The notes under the pieces were generated by a model. The model was given only the letters and a program-made list of their open reading frames with translations, did not search any database and was not told the DNA's origin. A stretch of 64,000 nt of DNA from Planctomycetota bacterium. Its GTDB lineage: Bacteria > Planctomycetota > B15-G4 > JADJEK01. Shown piece by piece: positions 1 through 9,804 of this stretch; position 1 is the stretch's first letter; every line of letters begins with the position of its first letter. The stretch spans positions 64,001 through 128,000 of the forward strand of contig JBGAIQ010000013.1 in the NCBI GenBank assembly GCA_044225365.1. The letters run 5' to 3'. The position numbers were made by a program, and so were the translations under genes.

Positions 1-244
1 GCCTCAGATGAATGGCAAGGAGCTGCATGAGCGGCTCTGCGTCCGACTTCCCGACCTCGCCGTGCTCTTCATGTCGGGTTACACGGGCGACGTCATCGCG
101 CGCCACGGCGTCGCCGACGCCAGCACGCCGCTCCTCATGAAGCCGTTCACCAACGACGAACTCCTACGCCGCGTCGCGGAGTGCATCGCGAAGTCGAACA
201 CGACCGACGGCACCCCCGAACTGATGCGAGGAGGCAAGCCGTGA
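1..244 (+). CDS. C-terminal receiver (REC) domain of a response regulator or hybrid histidine kinase; 5' partial
   Basis: PQMNGKEL...VLFMSGY...LLMKPFT are receiver-domain beta4/beta5 motifs; the frame is open at the window start. Confidence 0.85.
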   Translation, partial: PQMNGKELHERLCVRLPDLAVLFMSGYTGDVIARHGVADASTPLLMKPFTNDELLRRVAECIAKSNTTDGTPELMRGGKP

Positions 245-753
245 CGTACGAAAAGAACGAGTTCGTCAAGCTCACCGCGTTCGCTACCGAGGTCGATGCG
301 TCCGTCGCGAAGTCCGATCTCGACGAGGCCGGAATCCCCGCCGTCCTGGTGACGGCGGGGCCCGCTGATGCGTACGGCGCTCCCGTCGCCGGCAGCGTCG
401 AACTCGCCGTGGCGCGCAGCGACGTGGCCCGCGCCCGCGAGATCCTCGCCGCGCGGATTCCCGAGTCTCCCGCTCCGTCCGATATCCGTCGCGCGACTCG
501 TCGCGAGCGCGACGTCGAGTTCGCCTGGCGCGCAGCCCTCGCCAGCGTGTTCCTGTTCTGGCCCACCTTCATCGCCCACTTCCTCCTCGACCGAGCCGAA
601 CGCTCGACCGAGTTCATGGACGATCATCACGCCGCCCTCGCTCGACGCGCCCGTTCGCTCGCGACGAAGACGGCCTGGGTGCTCGCGATCCTGCTCACCG
701 CGGCGATCGTGTCCGCGTTCGCCTTGTACAGGTACCGCGCGCACGGCCGGTGA
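241..753 (+). CDS. DUF2007-like putative signal-transducing membrane protein
   Basis: FATEVDASVAKSDLDEAGIPA...VELAVARSDVARAREIL pattern plus two C-terminal hydrophobic segments; GTG start overlaps the upstream TGA. Confidence 0.65.
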   Translation: MTYEKNEFVKLTAFATEVDASVAKSDLDEAGIPAVLVTAGPADAYGAPVAGSVELAVARSDVARAREILAARIPESPAPSDIRRATRRERDVEFAWRAALASVFLFWPTFIAHFLLDRAERSTEFMDDHHAALARRARSLATKTAWVLAILLTAAIVSAFALYRYRAHGR

Positions 754-793
754 ACGCGCCTTCGTAGCTCTCCGCCGCGGGCGCCCCTCCCAA

Positions 794-816
794 GGACCGC
801 CGCGCTCTAGCGCGGC
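794..816 (+). repeat. GGACC-type REP-like palindrome, single copy
   Basis: GGACC-GCCGCGCT-CT-AGCGCGGC, the same architecture as the clusters at 29.1 kb and 58.5 kb. Confidence 0.6.
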
Positions 817-948
817 TCCGTTCTTCTCTTCGCCAGGCCCGGCCGAATCGTGAACGGTCATTGAGCCCGCTGGATCTTCCTCCCGCTCGCGCGCGACCAG
901 ATCGTTCGGCGTCGGATCGACCCGCTCGTCGAGTTCGAGTCGCGCCGA

Positions 949-2216
949 TCAGACCAGCGCGGCGGTGAACTCCGTGAGATGACCAGAAGTCGCGGCTCGG
1001 ACGAGCAGGTCGTTCAGGCGACCGAGGTCGTCGATGCCTCGAATGCTGTCGAGCTGTCGAGCACTGGAGGATCCGCTCGAGTCGGAACGTCTGCGGGCCT
1101 CGCCTCGCTTCGCCTCGGGCCTCGCCTCGGGCTTCGCCTCGCTTCCTCGCCGAACGCGCCTGGAGGATCCGCTCGATGGCGTCGTTCGGCTTGCTCGTCG
1201 AGTTCGAGCGCGCCTCGCCTTCGTGAGATGACCTCGCGGCTCGGACGAGCCGTTCGGCGACCGAGGTCGTCGATGCCCCGAATGCTGTCGAGCACTGAAG
1301 TCGGAACGTCTGCGAAACGCGCCTGGAGGATCCGCTCGATGGCGTCGCGCTTGGTAAGCAGGCTCGCCTTCGCTTCGCCTCGGGCCTCGCCTCGGGCTTC
1401 GCCTCGGGCCTCGCCTCGGGCTTCGCCTCGAGCCTCGCCGATGGCGATGCCCCTCTCTTCCGCTTCTTTCTCGTAGATCGTGACGAATGGCATGTGAAAC
1501 TCCTGCTCCACTCTCAGAACTTCGTCGTGGAACTCGCGGTCGCGCGACCGGGAGACCATGATCCCTTGGATCAAGAACCGAGTCAATGTGCGCTGGGTCG
1601 ATGATCCACGCATGATCGTGACGAGCTTGCGGAGCAGGCGCACCTTTTCGCGGTAGCGCGCGTCCAGATCGCCGATCGTCAGCTCGATCAGTTTGATCGC
1701 GACCAGGATTTGCGCCGGATCGCCCGATTCGACCAGCTCGTCCTCGCGGCCAGCGAAGTCGAGGAGCTTCACGGAGCGGAAGCGCACGCGCACCTCGTTG
1801 CCGAAGATCTCCTCGGAGAATTCGCTCGGGCAATACTTCGGGTCCGCATCGAGGAGCAGTGCGAGCGTGAAGATCCGCTCGCGGTGCTTCACGAACAGTC
1901 GCATGCGGTAGATCGCGACTCGCAGCGGGAAGTCGTGCTTCCTACCGGCTTCGAATTCGAAGTGCAGGAGGAGCACGGCGCGCTCGCCGCCGTGGAGCCA
2001 GACGCGATACACGCGATCGGGATATTTCGTACCGGTCTTCGATTCGAGAGCGTCGGGCGCGAGACCGTGCGGCTCGGGTACGAAGCCACGCGACCAGTCG
2101 ATTGCCTCCGCGACGTCGGGCGCGAGGAATCGCAGGAGCTCGGGGAGGAATTGGTCGAAGGCGTCCTTCCAGTACTCGTCGTGTTGGGAGGCGCTCCGGA
2201 GTTCGTCGTTTTCCAT
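949..2216 (-). CDS. Rpn/YhgA-like recombination-promoting nuclease (PD-(D/E)xK putative transposase family); 3' end interrupted and frameshifted
   Basis: HDEYWKDAF...FLAPDVAEAIDWSRG...PDRVY...HFEFE motifs and GEAR repeats. The natural-looking C-terminus (DDLGRLNDLLVRAATSGHLTEFTAALV*) lies in another frame at 949-1052; the ORF as written stops at 1014. Confidence 0.8.
1368..1439 (-). repeat. 6 x 12-bp coding tandem repeat (GEAR)
   Basis: GEARGEARGEARGEARGEARGEAK, typical of Rpn C-terminal regions. Confidence 0.9.
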
Positions 2217-2466
2217 GCCGCTGAATCGCGGCCGCGACGACGCGGTGACGAACGATGGCGTGAAAAATCGTGCCTTGCGCGCCAAGAGCGATCTGCGCGC
2301 CGAATCGTTGAACCAAAGATGCCCGGTTGGCCATGGCGCGCCCGTGCGAACGTGCGCAATCGCGTCCATTGGGATCCAACGCGTGCGGAGTTCATCGGCG
2401 ACGGGATGGCGAAGGGCATCCGCGGGGGCGTTCGAAGTCGTCGCATCGGTGCGTGTCCGATTCGAC

Positions 2467-2493
2467 GACGGGCAGTCAGCCGTCTGCCCCTAC
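2467..2493 (-). repeat. GTAG-type REP-like palindrome
   Basis: Minus strand reads GTAGGGGCAGACGGCTGACTGCCCGTC; near-identical copy at 11187-11213. Confidence 0.7.
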
Positions 2494-2548
2494 AAGAGCC
2501 GCGATGCCGCGAATGCCCGCGGTTGTGCACCCGCAATCGGGGTCGTGG

Positions 2549-5500
2549 CTAACCGAGCGCGCGCGCGAGCAGGTACTCCTGCTCCGCGTTGTGGCGCTTG
2601 TACGAGCCCGTCGCCGGGCTCGACGACATCGGCCTTCCGGCGTATGCGGGATGGAAGCCCATCTCGACGAGTCGCTCGTGCATGTAGCTCCAGGGGCCCA
2701 TGTTCTTCGGCTCCTCCTGGCACCAGACGATGACGGCTCCCGGATGCCGGGCGGCCTCGGCGAGCATCGCGGTGCGCGGAAGCGGATAGAGCTGCTCGAC
2801 GCGGACGATGGCGACGTTGTCGCGCTTCGCCTTCTCGCGCGCTTCGACGAGATCGAAGTACACCTTGCCCGAGCAGAAGACGACCCGCTTCGCGTTCGTC
2901 ACGCTCGGATCGCCGAGCACTTCACGGAAATGGCCTTCCACGAACTCCGTGACGGGGCTCGCCGCGCGCGGGTCGCGCAGGAGGCTCTTCGGCGTGAACA
3001 CGACGATCGGTCGCTTCGGCTTCTTCAAGGCCTGACGACGCAGGAGATGGAAGTACTGCGACGCGCTCGTGCAGTTCGCGACGGCGATGTTGCCGTGGGC
3101 GCAGAGCGTGAGGAAGCGCTCGATCCGACCGCTGCTGTGCTCCGGACCCTGGCCGTCGTAGCCGTGAGGCAGGAGCATCACGATGCCGGAGAGCTGGCGC
3201 CACTTCGCCTCGCTCGACGTGATGAACTGGTCGATGGGGATCTGCGCGCCGTTCGCGAAGTCGCCGAATTGCGCCTCCCACAGGCACAGCGTCTCCGGCT
3301 TCGCGACGCTGTAGCCGTACTCGAACGCGAGCGCGGCTTCCTCGGAGAGCAGCGAGTCGTAGACCTCGAAGCGGGCCTTCACGTCCGGCAGGTTCGAGAG
3401 CGGGACGTAGTCCTTCTCCGTTGTCTGGTCGCGGATCACGGCGTGACGCTGCGAGAAGGTGCCGCGTCCGCAATCCTGACCGTTCAGGCGGATCGCGACG
3501 TTCTCTCGCAGGATCGAGCCGAAGGCGAGCGTCTCGGCGCAGCCCCAATCGATGTCCTGTTCACCGCGCACCATCGCCTCACGACGGCGCAATTGCCGCA
3601 ACAGATTCGGGTGCACGACGACGTCCGGCGCGATCTCGTTGGTCTTGTCGACGAGCCATACGAGGGTCTCGCTCGGCACGTTCGTCGCGACGACGACGGA
3701 ATCCGAGTAGTCCTTCGGATCGTCGTCGGTGACGTCGACGATCTCCTCGATCGGAAGGTGCGGCGTCTCCTCGGCGTGCTCGCGGAAGTTCGAGAGAGCG
3801 TCGCGCAGCTCATCGTTGAAGCGGTTGCCGATCTCGTCGGCCTCCTCGCGGGTGAGTTGCTTGCGGCGCATCAACAGCGCGGTGTAGTTCTCGGTCGGCG
3901 TCGGGTGATTGCGGATCTTGCGGTACAGCGCGGGCTGCGTGTAGGCCGGCTCGTCGCCTTCGTTGTGTCCCCAGCGGCGATAGCACACGAGGTCGATGAC
4001 GGAGTCGCGATGGAAGTGCTGCTGGTAGTCGACCGCGACGCCGACCGCTTTCAAGACGGCTTCGGGATAGTCGCCGTTCGCGTGGAGGATGGGGGCTTCG
4101 ATGCCCTTCGCCATGTCGGTGCAGTAGTACGTCGACTTCAGATCGCGCGGACTCGCGGTGAATCCGATCTGATTGTTGACGACGATGTGGATCGTGCCGC
4201 CGCAATCGTTCGCGCGCAGATTCGACATCTGCAGCGTCTCGTAGACGACGCCCTGGCCGGAGAACGCCGCATCGCCGTGGATGAGCACCGCGAGCACCTT
4301 CTCGCGCGTCGTGTCCTCGACGAGATCCTGATACCCGCGCGTCATGCCGCACACGACGGGATCGACGGCCTCGAGGTGACTCGGATTCGCGGAGAGGATG
4401 ACGTCGATCTTCTTGCCGGTCTGCGTCGTGAACACGCCGCTCTGGCCGAGGTGGTACTTGACGTCGCCCGAGCCTTCCGACGACAGCGGCAGGAGCACTC
4501 CTTCGAACTCGCGAAAGATCGTCTCGTAGCTCTTGTTCAGGATGTTCGCGAGAACGTTGAGCCGTCCGCGATGCGCCATGCCGATCACGACCTTCTCGAC
4601 GCCATTCGCCGCGGCGCGCTCGATCACTTCGGCGAGCGCGGGGATGAGCGCGTCGGCGCCTTCGAGCGAGAATCGCTTGTTCCCGACGTAGCGCGTGTGG
4701 AGGAAGCGTTCGAAGTTCTCCGCACGATAGAGCAGTTCGAGGATTCGCTTGCGTGCGGCGAGATCGAACGGCGACTCGTTGCGCTTCAACTCCACGCGAT
4801 CGCGTAGCCAATACTGGCGGAGGCGATTCGCGATGTGCATGTACTCGATCGTCCAGCGCCGGCAGTACGTCTCGGCCAGCACGCCGAGGATGTCGCGCAG
4901 GGGCATCCTCTCCTTGCCGTCGAGACCACCGCAGTAGAACTCGCGATCGAGATCCCACACCGTGAAGCCGTAGAACGCGGGATCGAGCGACGGCAGAAGG
5001 TCCGGCTTGTATTCGAGCGGATCGAGGTCGGCGATGCGGCAGCCGCGCGTTCGATACGCGTTGATGAGCTCCCACAGCTTCGCCTGCTTCTCGCCGACGT
5101 CGTCGCGGCGGCGCGTGGCTGCATCGTTCGAGCTGCGCACGGGCAGCCACGGCAGTCTCAACTCGGAGAAGATCGTGTCGTAGAAGTTCGATTCGCCCTG
5201 CAGCAGATGGTCGACGCGCTGCAGCATGAGCCCCGACTCGGCGCCTTGGATCACTCGGTGATCGTAGGTCGACGTCACCGTCATGACCGGCCCGATCGCG
5301 AGTTCGGCGAGGTTCGCTGCGGCCATGTGCTGCGCTTCGGTCGGGATGCCGATCGCGCCGGTCGCCACGATGAGGCCCTGGCCCTTCATGAGTCGCGGCA
5401 CGGAGAGGTGGGTTCCCAGGCCGCCTGGATTGGAGAGCGTCACGTTCGTGCCTTGGAAGTCCTCGGCCGTGAGCTTGTTGATTCGGGCGCGCGCGACGAG

Positions 5501-6130
5501 ATCCTCGTAGACCGAGTGGAACTGCTTGAAGCCGAGCGTGTCCGCGGCCTTGATCGATGGCACGAAGAGCGTGCGGCCCTTCGGCGTTTCGACGTCGATC
5601 GCGATGCCGAGGTTCACGTGCTTCGGGGTCACCTTGTATGGCACACCGTCGCGTTCCTCGTAGGTTGCGATCATGTGCATGTTTTCGGCGATGGCGCGAA
5701 CTAGTGCGAACGCGATGAGATGCGTGTAGCTCGCCTTGCCGAGCACGCGCACCTTCATGTGCGAGTTGAGGAGCGTCCTGTTCTCGTGGAGCACCTTGAC
5801 CGGGATCGTGCGCACCGAGGTGGCCGTCGGGATCTCGAGGCTCGCCATCATGTTCTCGGCGATCCGCGTCGCGACGCCCTTCAAGCGGTCGGCGCTGCGG
5901 GCGTCATCTTCGACGTGGTCCGGAGCGGGGGAGCGCGAAGGCGCGACTTCCAACGCCGCCGTCGCCGACTCGGCGCGACCGTTGGCGGGCGCCGTTCCAT
6001 TCGCCGCGACCTGCTCGAACCAGGTCCGCCAGGCGGGTTCGACGCCGGCGGGGTCGCTACGCCACTTCTCGAAGAGGGCCTCGACGTATCCGGCATTCAC
6101 GCCGAACTCGGTTTCGAAATCGATCGCCAT
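2549..6130 (-). CDS. kgd: Multifunctional 2-oxoglutarate dehydrogenase/decarboxylase (E2-acyltransferase domain fused to E1; Kgd/OdhA type)
   Basis: N-terminal FGVNAGYVEALFEKW; E2 motif TYDHRVIQGAESG; E1 motifs GMAHRGRLNVL, HGDAAFSGQG (ThDP binding), LWEAQFGDFANGAQ, GPEHSSGRIERFL. Confidence 0.95.
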   Translation of the reverse strand: MAIDFETEFGVNAGYVEALFEKWRSDPAGVEPAWRTWFEQVAANGTAPANGRAESATAALEVAPSRSPAPDHVEDDARSADRLKGVATRIAENMMASLEIPTATSVRTIPVKVLHENRTLLNSHMKVRVLGKASYTHLIAFALVRAIAENMHMIATYEERDGVPYKVTPKHVNLGIAIDVETPKGRTLFVPSIKAADTLGFKQFHSVYEDLVARARINKLTAEDFQGTNVTLSNPGGLGTHLSVPRLMKGQGLIVATGAIGIPTEAQHMAAANLAELAIGPVMTVTSTYDHRVIQGAESGLMLQRVDHLLQGESNFYDTIFSELRLPWLPVRSSNDAATRRRDDVGEKQAKLWELINAYRTRGCRIADLDPLEYKPDLLPSLDPAFYGFTVWDLDREFYCGGLDGKERMPLRDILGVLAETYCRRWTIEYMHIANRLRQYWLRDRVELKRNESPFDLAARKRILELLYRAENFERFLHTRYVGNKRFSLEGADALIPALAEVIERAAANGVEKVVIGMAHRGRLNVLANILNKSYETIFREFEGVLLPLSSEGSGDVKYHLGQSGVFTTQTGKKIDVILSANPSHLEAVDPVVCGMTRGYQDLVEDTTREKVLAVLIHGDAAFSGQGVVYETLQMSNLRANDCGGTIHIVVNNQIGFTASPRDLKSTYYCTDMAKGIEAPILHANGDYPEAVLKAVGVAVDYQQHFHRDSVIDLVCYRRWGHNEGDEPAYTQPALYRKIRNHPTPTENYTALLMRRKQLTREEADEIGNRFNDELRDALSNFREHAEETPHLPIEEIVDVTDDDPKDYSDSVVVATNVPSETLVWLVDKTNEIAPDVVVHPNLLRQLRRREAMVRGEQDIDWGCAETLAFGSILRENVAIRLNGQDCGRGTFSQRHAVIRDQTTEKDYVPLSNLPDVKARFEVYDSLLSEEAALAFEYGYSVAKPETLCLWEAQFGDFANGAQIPIDQFITSSEAKWRQLSGIVMLLPHGYDGQGPEHSSGRIERFLTLCAHGNIAVANCTSASQYFHLLRRQALKKPKRPIVVFTPKSLLRDPRAASPVTEFVEGHFREVLGDPSVTNAKRVVFCSGKVYFDLVEAREKAKRDNVAIVRVEQLYPLPRTAMLAEAARHPGAVIVWCQEEPKNMGPWSYMHERLVEMGFHPAYAGRPMSSSPATGSYKRHNAEQEYLLARALG

Positions 6131-6434
6131 CGCTCTGGTCCGCCTGCTGTGATTCTTCGGTGAAACGGGTGAATGAAACAGATTACCGCAGAATCCGATC
6201 GTTCCGAAGTTGCAGACCACACCGAACTACGGGAGGCGAGCCGGCTGATTGGACGCGCCCGCCCGAATTCTGTCGAGCGGGACGATTCGGCGCAAAAGTA
6301 GGGGTACCTCGTTGACGACAGATTCCCAGCAGGAGGAACTGCCGCCTCGATGGCCGCGTGACGGATGCGCTCGTGAGGAGCCGCCGGCACGAATTTGAAC
6401 ACCGTTCCGAATCCAATTCCCATGGATCGGCATC

Positions 6435-6947
6435 ATGAGACTTCTCCCTACTCAGGGGCGGCCAACGCGCCCCGCACGCCAGACAGGCGGATTCTCACTC
6501 GTGGAGGTCATGATTGCCTCCACGATCCTCGTGTTCGGATTGATGGCACTCGCTGGTGCTACGACCTCGACACAACTTCTTCGAAAGCGAGCCCTCGACG
6601 AGGACCAGGTATTTCGCGGTCTCGTGTCGCAACTCGAGCGTGCCCGCAGTGATCTCTTCTCGAACACGGCGTTCTACACGGCCGTGAAGGCTGCGATCGC
6701 GGCTGGGGGCAAATTCCAGCAAGGCTACATCCTCGATGGAAACGGGGATGGAATCCAAGACGTCAGCTCTGCGCCCGGCAACAAGAACACACCGGTCCTC
6801 ACGGTGGACATCACCGTGCCACCCTCTCCGGGCGACGCGACGAAGGTCCTGTTCGTTCAGGTGACAGCGAAATGGTACGGCGCCGGAGCGCAACGCACCC
6901 GGACCGTGAGTGAGACCGTGGCCAATCGTTCCGGATACGGGGGATGA
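6435..6947 (+). CDS. Type IV minor pilin/pseudopilin (PilV-like)
   Basis: Class III signal GG|FSLVEVMIAS followed by a hydrophobic helix. Confidence 0.85.
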   Translation: MRLLPTQGRPTRPARQTGGFSLVEVMIASTILVFGLMALAGATTSTQLLRKRALDEDQVFRGLVSQLERARSDLFSNTAFYTAVKAAIAAGGKFQQGYILDGNGDGIQDVSSAPGNKNTPVLTVDITVPPSPGDATKVLFVQVTAKWYGAGAQRTRTVSETVANRSGYGG

Positions 6948-7552
6948 CGATGAGCTGCGAGAACGAACGTGGCTTGTCGCTCCTCGAGGTCCTGATCAGC
7001 GGCGTTATCACGTCGATCATCGCCCTTGCCGCAGTGAACATGCGAGTCCCGATGCAGCAAGCATTGGGTTCGGACACGATCCGCATGGAGGCTCGCAGCC
7101 GCGCCTCACGCGCACTCGAACGAGTGACCCATGATCTGAGGGGGGCGAGCTTCGCGACGTTGAAGACCCTGCCTGTCGGATTCAAGACGTGGCAGACCGC
7201 GACCCCCAACAACGACATGGACGACCTGCAGTATCAGTCGTACACCTTCGACCCCGATACAGCGGATGAGCTCCCAACTCTCAGTGGCGCGCGAATCCTC
7301 CAGCTCGTCGATTCTCCAGAGGATCCAGGGGACGGCAAGGACAACGATGGAGACGGTGTGACCGATGAGAAGACGCTCACGCTCGAACTCCCAGGCCAGC
7401 AACCCGACGAATTGATCGACAACGTGACGTCATGCGCCCTCCGGATATCAGGGCGCACGCTCGAGATCCAAATCAGGGTCACTTTGAGGTCGCCGAAAGG
7501 CGATCTACTTTCCGAATCGGTTTCCGATTCCGTGGAGATCCGCAATGACTAG
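6944..7552 (+). CDS. Type IV minor pilin/pseudopilin (PilW-like)
   Basis: ERG|LSLLEVLIS prepilin motif; ATGA overlap with the upstream gene; DGKDNDGDGVTDE loop. Confidence 0.8.
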   Translation: MTMSCENERGLSLLEVLISGVITSIIALAAVNMRVPMQQALGSDTIRMEARSRASRALERVTHDLRGASFATLKTLPVGFKTWQTATPNNDMDDLQYQSYTFDPDTADELPTLSGARILQLVDSPEDPGDGKDNDGDGVTDEKTLTLELPGQQPDELIDNVTSCALRISGRTLEIQIRVTLRSPKGDLLSESVSDSVEIRND

Positions 7553-8690
7553 TCGCCGAGAACGAGGTAACGCCCTCGTCATCGTCCTCATCCTCATGAT
7601 CCCGCTGGCGGCGATCGCTGCTGCTGCTCTCTCGTTCGGATCCCGCGAGAGCGGGGAGCTCGGTTCGCAGCGAGGACGCCAAGTGGCGTTGCTCAATGCG
7701 GAATCCGGACTCGACACCGGCTTCGCACAATTGCTCGACGACCCGAAGGACACCGCTCCCATCGAGATGTCGGAACCCAATGGTGAAGGCATGAAGTATC
7801 GGGTCGAGTTCACGGAGCTCGGGGTCGACGGAATCGACAACGATGGGGACGGTGCCGTGGACGAGTCTGACGAGAATCGAATGGTGCGAATCACGTCGAT
7901 GGGAACGTTGAACGTCGATTCCTTCACCGAAGGCGGAGAGCCGGTAGCGAAGCAAGGCGTCGAGGAGTACGTGAAAACAGTGCGTGCCGTCGGGACGCGC
8001 AGTGCCGATCTTCCAGGATTTCCGTACGCGGTCTATCTCGGGGATCCGAAGGCCGAGTTGAACATGAACGGCAATGCGTTCGCGATCAATGGGTCGGACT
8101 TCACGGGTGCGTTGAAGGCCGGAACCGCTCCCGCGGTACCTGGAATCGCAACGACGGGGAAGACGGCAGACATCATCACGCAGTTGTCGAAACAGCAGTA
8201 CGACAACGTATTGGGCAAGGGGGGCTATCCGAGCGTCTACAACACCGCGAAAGTGGACATTCAGAGTCTGATCAATACCTACAAGAGCGCCGCCGACATC
8301 AAATTCGTGAATCCCTCGAGTCCGTACACGGGGAATCTCGGAAGCTACTCGAAGCACGACTTCAAGATCACCCACGTGGTGGGGAATCTGAAGATCTCGG
8401 GAGGGGGAGAAGGCGCTGGACTCCTACTCGTCGAGGGGAACGTCGAGATCACCGGAGGTTGGGAGTATCGCGGAGTCGTGCTCGTTACCGGTCAGGTGGT
8501 CTTCAAGGGCGGTGGAGGCGGCAAGCGAGTCGTCGGGTCGGTGCTCGTTGGCGGTGACCTGATCAACGGTGCTTCGTCGACCGACCTCGAAATGGCCGGG
8601 ACGGTGGACGTGCTCTACTCGTCCTCCATCCAAAGTGAGGTGAGCGCCGCGATCGGCAAGTTCACGCTGGGGACGTGGCAGGAGTTGTGA
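7545..8690 (+). CDS. PilX/GspK-like minor pilin with C-terminal beta-rich domain
   Basis: ERG|NALVIVLILM lacks E5, as in PilX; ALLNAESGL; DGIDNDGDGAVDE loop; Gly-rich beta-helix-like C-terminus. Confidence 0.75.
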   Translation: MTSRRERGNALVIVLILMIPLAAIAAAALSFGSRESGELGSQRGRQVALLNAESGLDTGFAQLLDDPKDTAPIEMSEPNGEGMKYRVEFTELGVDGIDNDGDGAVDESDENRMVRITSMGTLNVDSFTEGGEPVAKQGVEEYVKTVRAVGTRSADLPGFPYAVYLGDPKAELNMNGNAFAINGSDFTGALKAGTAPAVPGIATTGKTADIITQLSKQQYDNVLGKGGYPSVYNTAKVDIQSLINTYKSAADIKFVNPSSPYTGNLGSYSKHDFKITHVVGNLKISGGGEGAGLLLVEGNVEITGGWEYRGVVLVTGQVVFKGGGGGKRVVGSVLVGGDLINGASSTDLEMAGTVDVLYSSSIQSEVSAAIGKFTLGTWQEL

Positions 8691-8691
8691 A

Positions 8692-9468
8692 ATGACTGCT
8701 TTACACATTCTCCTCTTGTGCGGAGCCGTGGTCACGCCTCAGGGTGGTACGGATCTTCCCAAGGCGAAAACTCCCGGAGCGATCCAGCCGCACACGCCGC
8801 CTTCCTCGAAGTCACTCCCTGATTTCGATCGACTCGCCGCAGCGCTCCAGTCCGACGACGAGTCGACGCGCGACTCCGCCGTGGAGTCGCTGACCCAGTT
8901 GTCGGTTGCGGATGTTGCTCCGATCGCGCAGACGGCGATGAACAGCGCCAACAGCGAGGTCCGACTCGCCGCCCTCAAGATCTTGCGTCATGTCCCACGG
9001 ACGGGTCCCGTCGATATGAAGCTCACGAGGTCGGTATGTCGGGATCTCGCGCGAGTACTCGGGACGGATCGTGTCGATGAGAATCGACGTGAAGCGTGCC
9101 ATGTCCTCGCCGAATGGTCGCCCGACGGCGCCGTGGTCGTATTGTGCAAGTCGGCGACCAACGATTCCGCGGACACGGTGAAACGAGCGGCGATCAACGA
9201 TCTCGGAAGGCTCGCGTCGGTCGACTCCGCGTCGGCCCTCGTGGATGTTCTTCAATTCATGATCGAGCAGAAGGATGAATATCTGATCGGGCAAACGACT
9301 CTCGCGCTCACGCTCGCCACGGGAAAGACCCTCGGCGAGAACGTCGAAGGTTGGCGACATCTCGTCGCGGACTTGCGCAAAGCGGAGGACGAGAAGAAGG
9401 CCGAGAAGGGACCCGAAGTCAAACGTCCCGATCCACCGAGCGAGGAGCCGGCGAACGGAGGTGGCTGA
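8692..9468 (+). CDS. Exported HEAT-repeat protein
   Basis: N-terminal hydrophobic stretch; repeats such as STRDSAVESL, EVRLAALKIL, NRREACHVL, VKRAAINDL. Confidence 0.7.
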   Translation: MTALHILLLCGAVVTPQGGTDLPKAKTPGAIQPHTPPSSKSLPDFDRLAAALQSDDESTRDSAVESLTQLSVADVAPIAQTAMNSANSEVRLAALKILRHVPRTGPVDMKLTRSVCRDLARVLGTDRVDENRREACHVLAEWSPDGAVVVLCKSATNDSADTVKRAAINDLGRLASVDSASALVDVLQFMIEQKDEYLIGQTTLALTLATGKTLGENVEGWRHLVADLRKAEDEKKAEKGPEVKRPDPPSEEPANGGG

Positions 9469-9660
9469 CTTCCGCAGCCGAGCGCGCGAACGCTTGCGGT
9501 TCTGCTCGGGCTCGGTACCGCTGCGAAGGGAAGCGGGTCGAATCGCGATTTGATCTTGCAAAGTCGCCTCGGCGAATTGCGGTACTGGCCCACTCACTCC
9601 CTGAGCCGGGAACTCACGAAGACTGCGAAGCTCTAACCAGGCCACCGATCCATGCGAAGT

Positions 9661-9701
9661 CGGGTGGATGCCTCGGCTCTTCGCGATCACCCGTTTTTTT
9701 T
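9661..9701 (+). terminator. Putative intrinsic terminator
   Basis: CGGGTG...CACCCG stem followed by T8. Confidence 0.55.
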
Positions 9702-9719
9702 CGAATAGACGCTAGGTCA

Positions 9720-9755
9720 TCGAGGTATCTGTGTGATATCACATTGGTACCTCGA
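9720..9755. promoter_or_regulatory. Palindromic operator upstream of the SPFH-RHH operon
   Basis: TCGAGGTA-tctg-TGTGATATCACA-ttgg-TACCTCGA dyad, about 50 bp before the SPFH start. Confidence 0.65.
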
Positions 9756-9804
9756 CGATTTCTCGTCATTTCGGCGTCGTCGGGGTCGCTTAGGAGACAG
9801 ATCG

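Noticed and set aside
949-1340. Rpn 3' duplication as a diversity-generating retroelement TR/VR pair
   Set aside because: No reverse transcriptase is in the window, and the differences are rearrangements rather than adenine-specific substitutions.
9469-9660. Possible riboswitch or sRNA between the HEAT gene and the terminator
   Set aside because: No recognisable aptamer consensus by eye; an Rfam/Infernal search would be needed.
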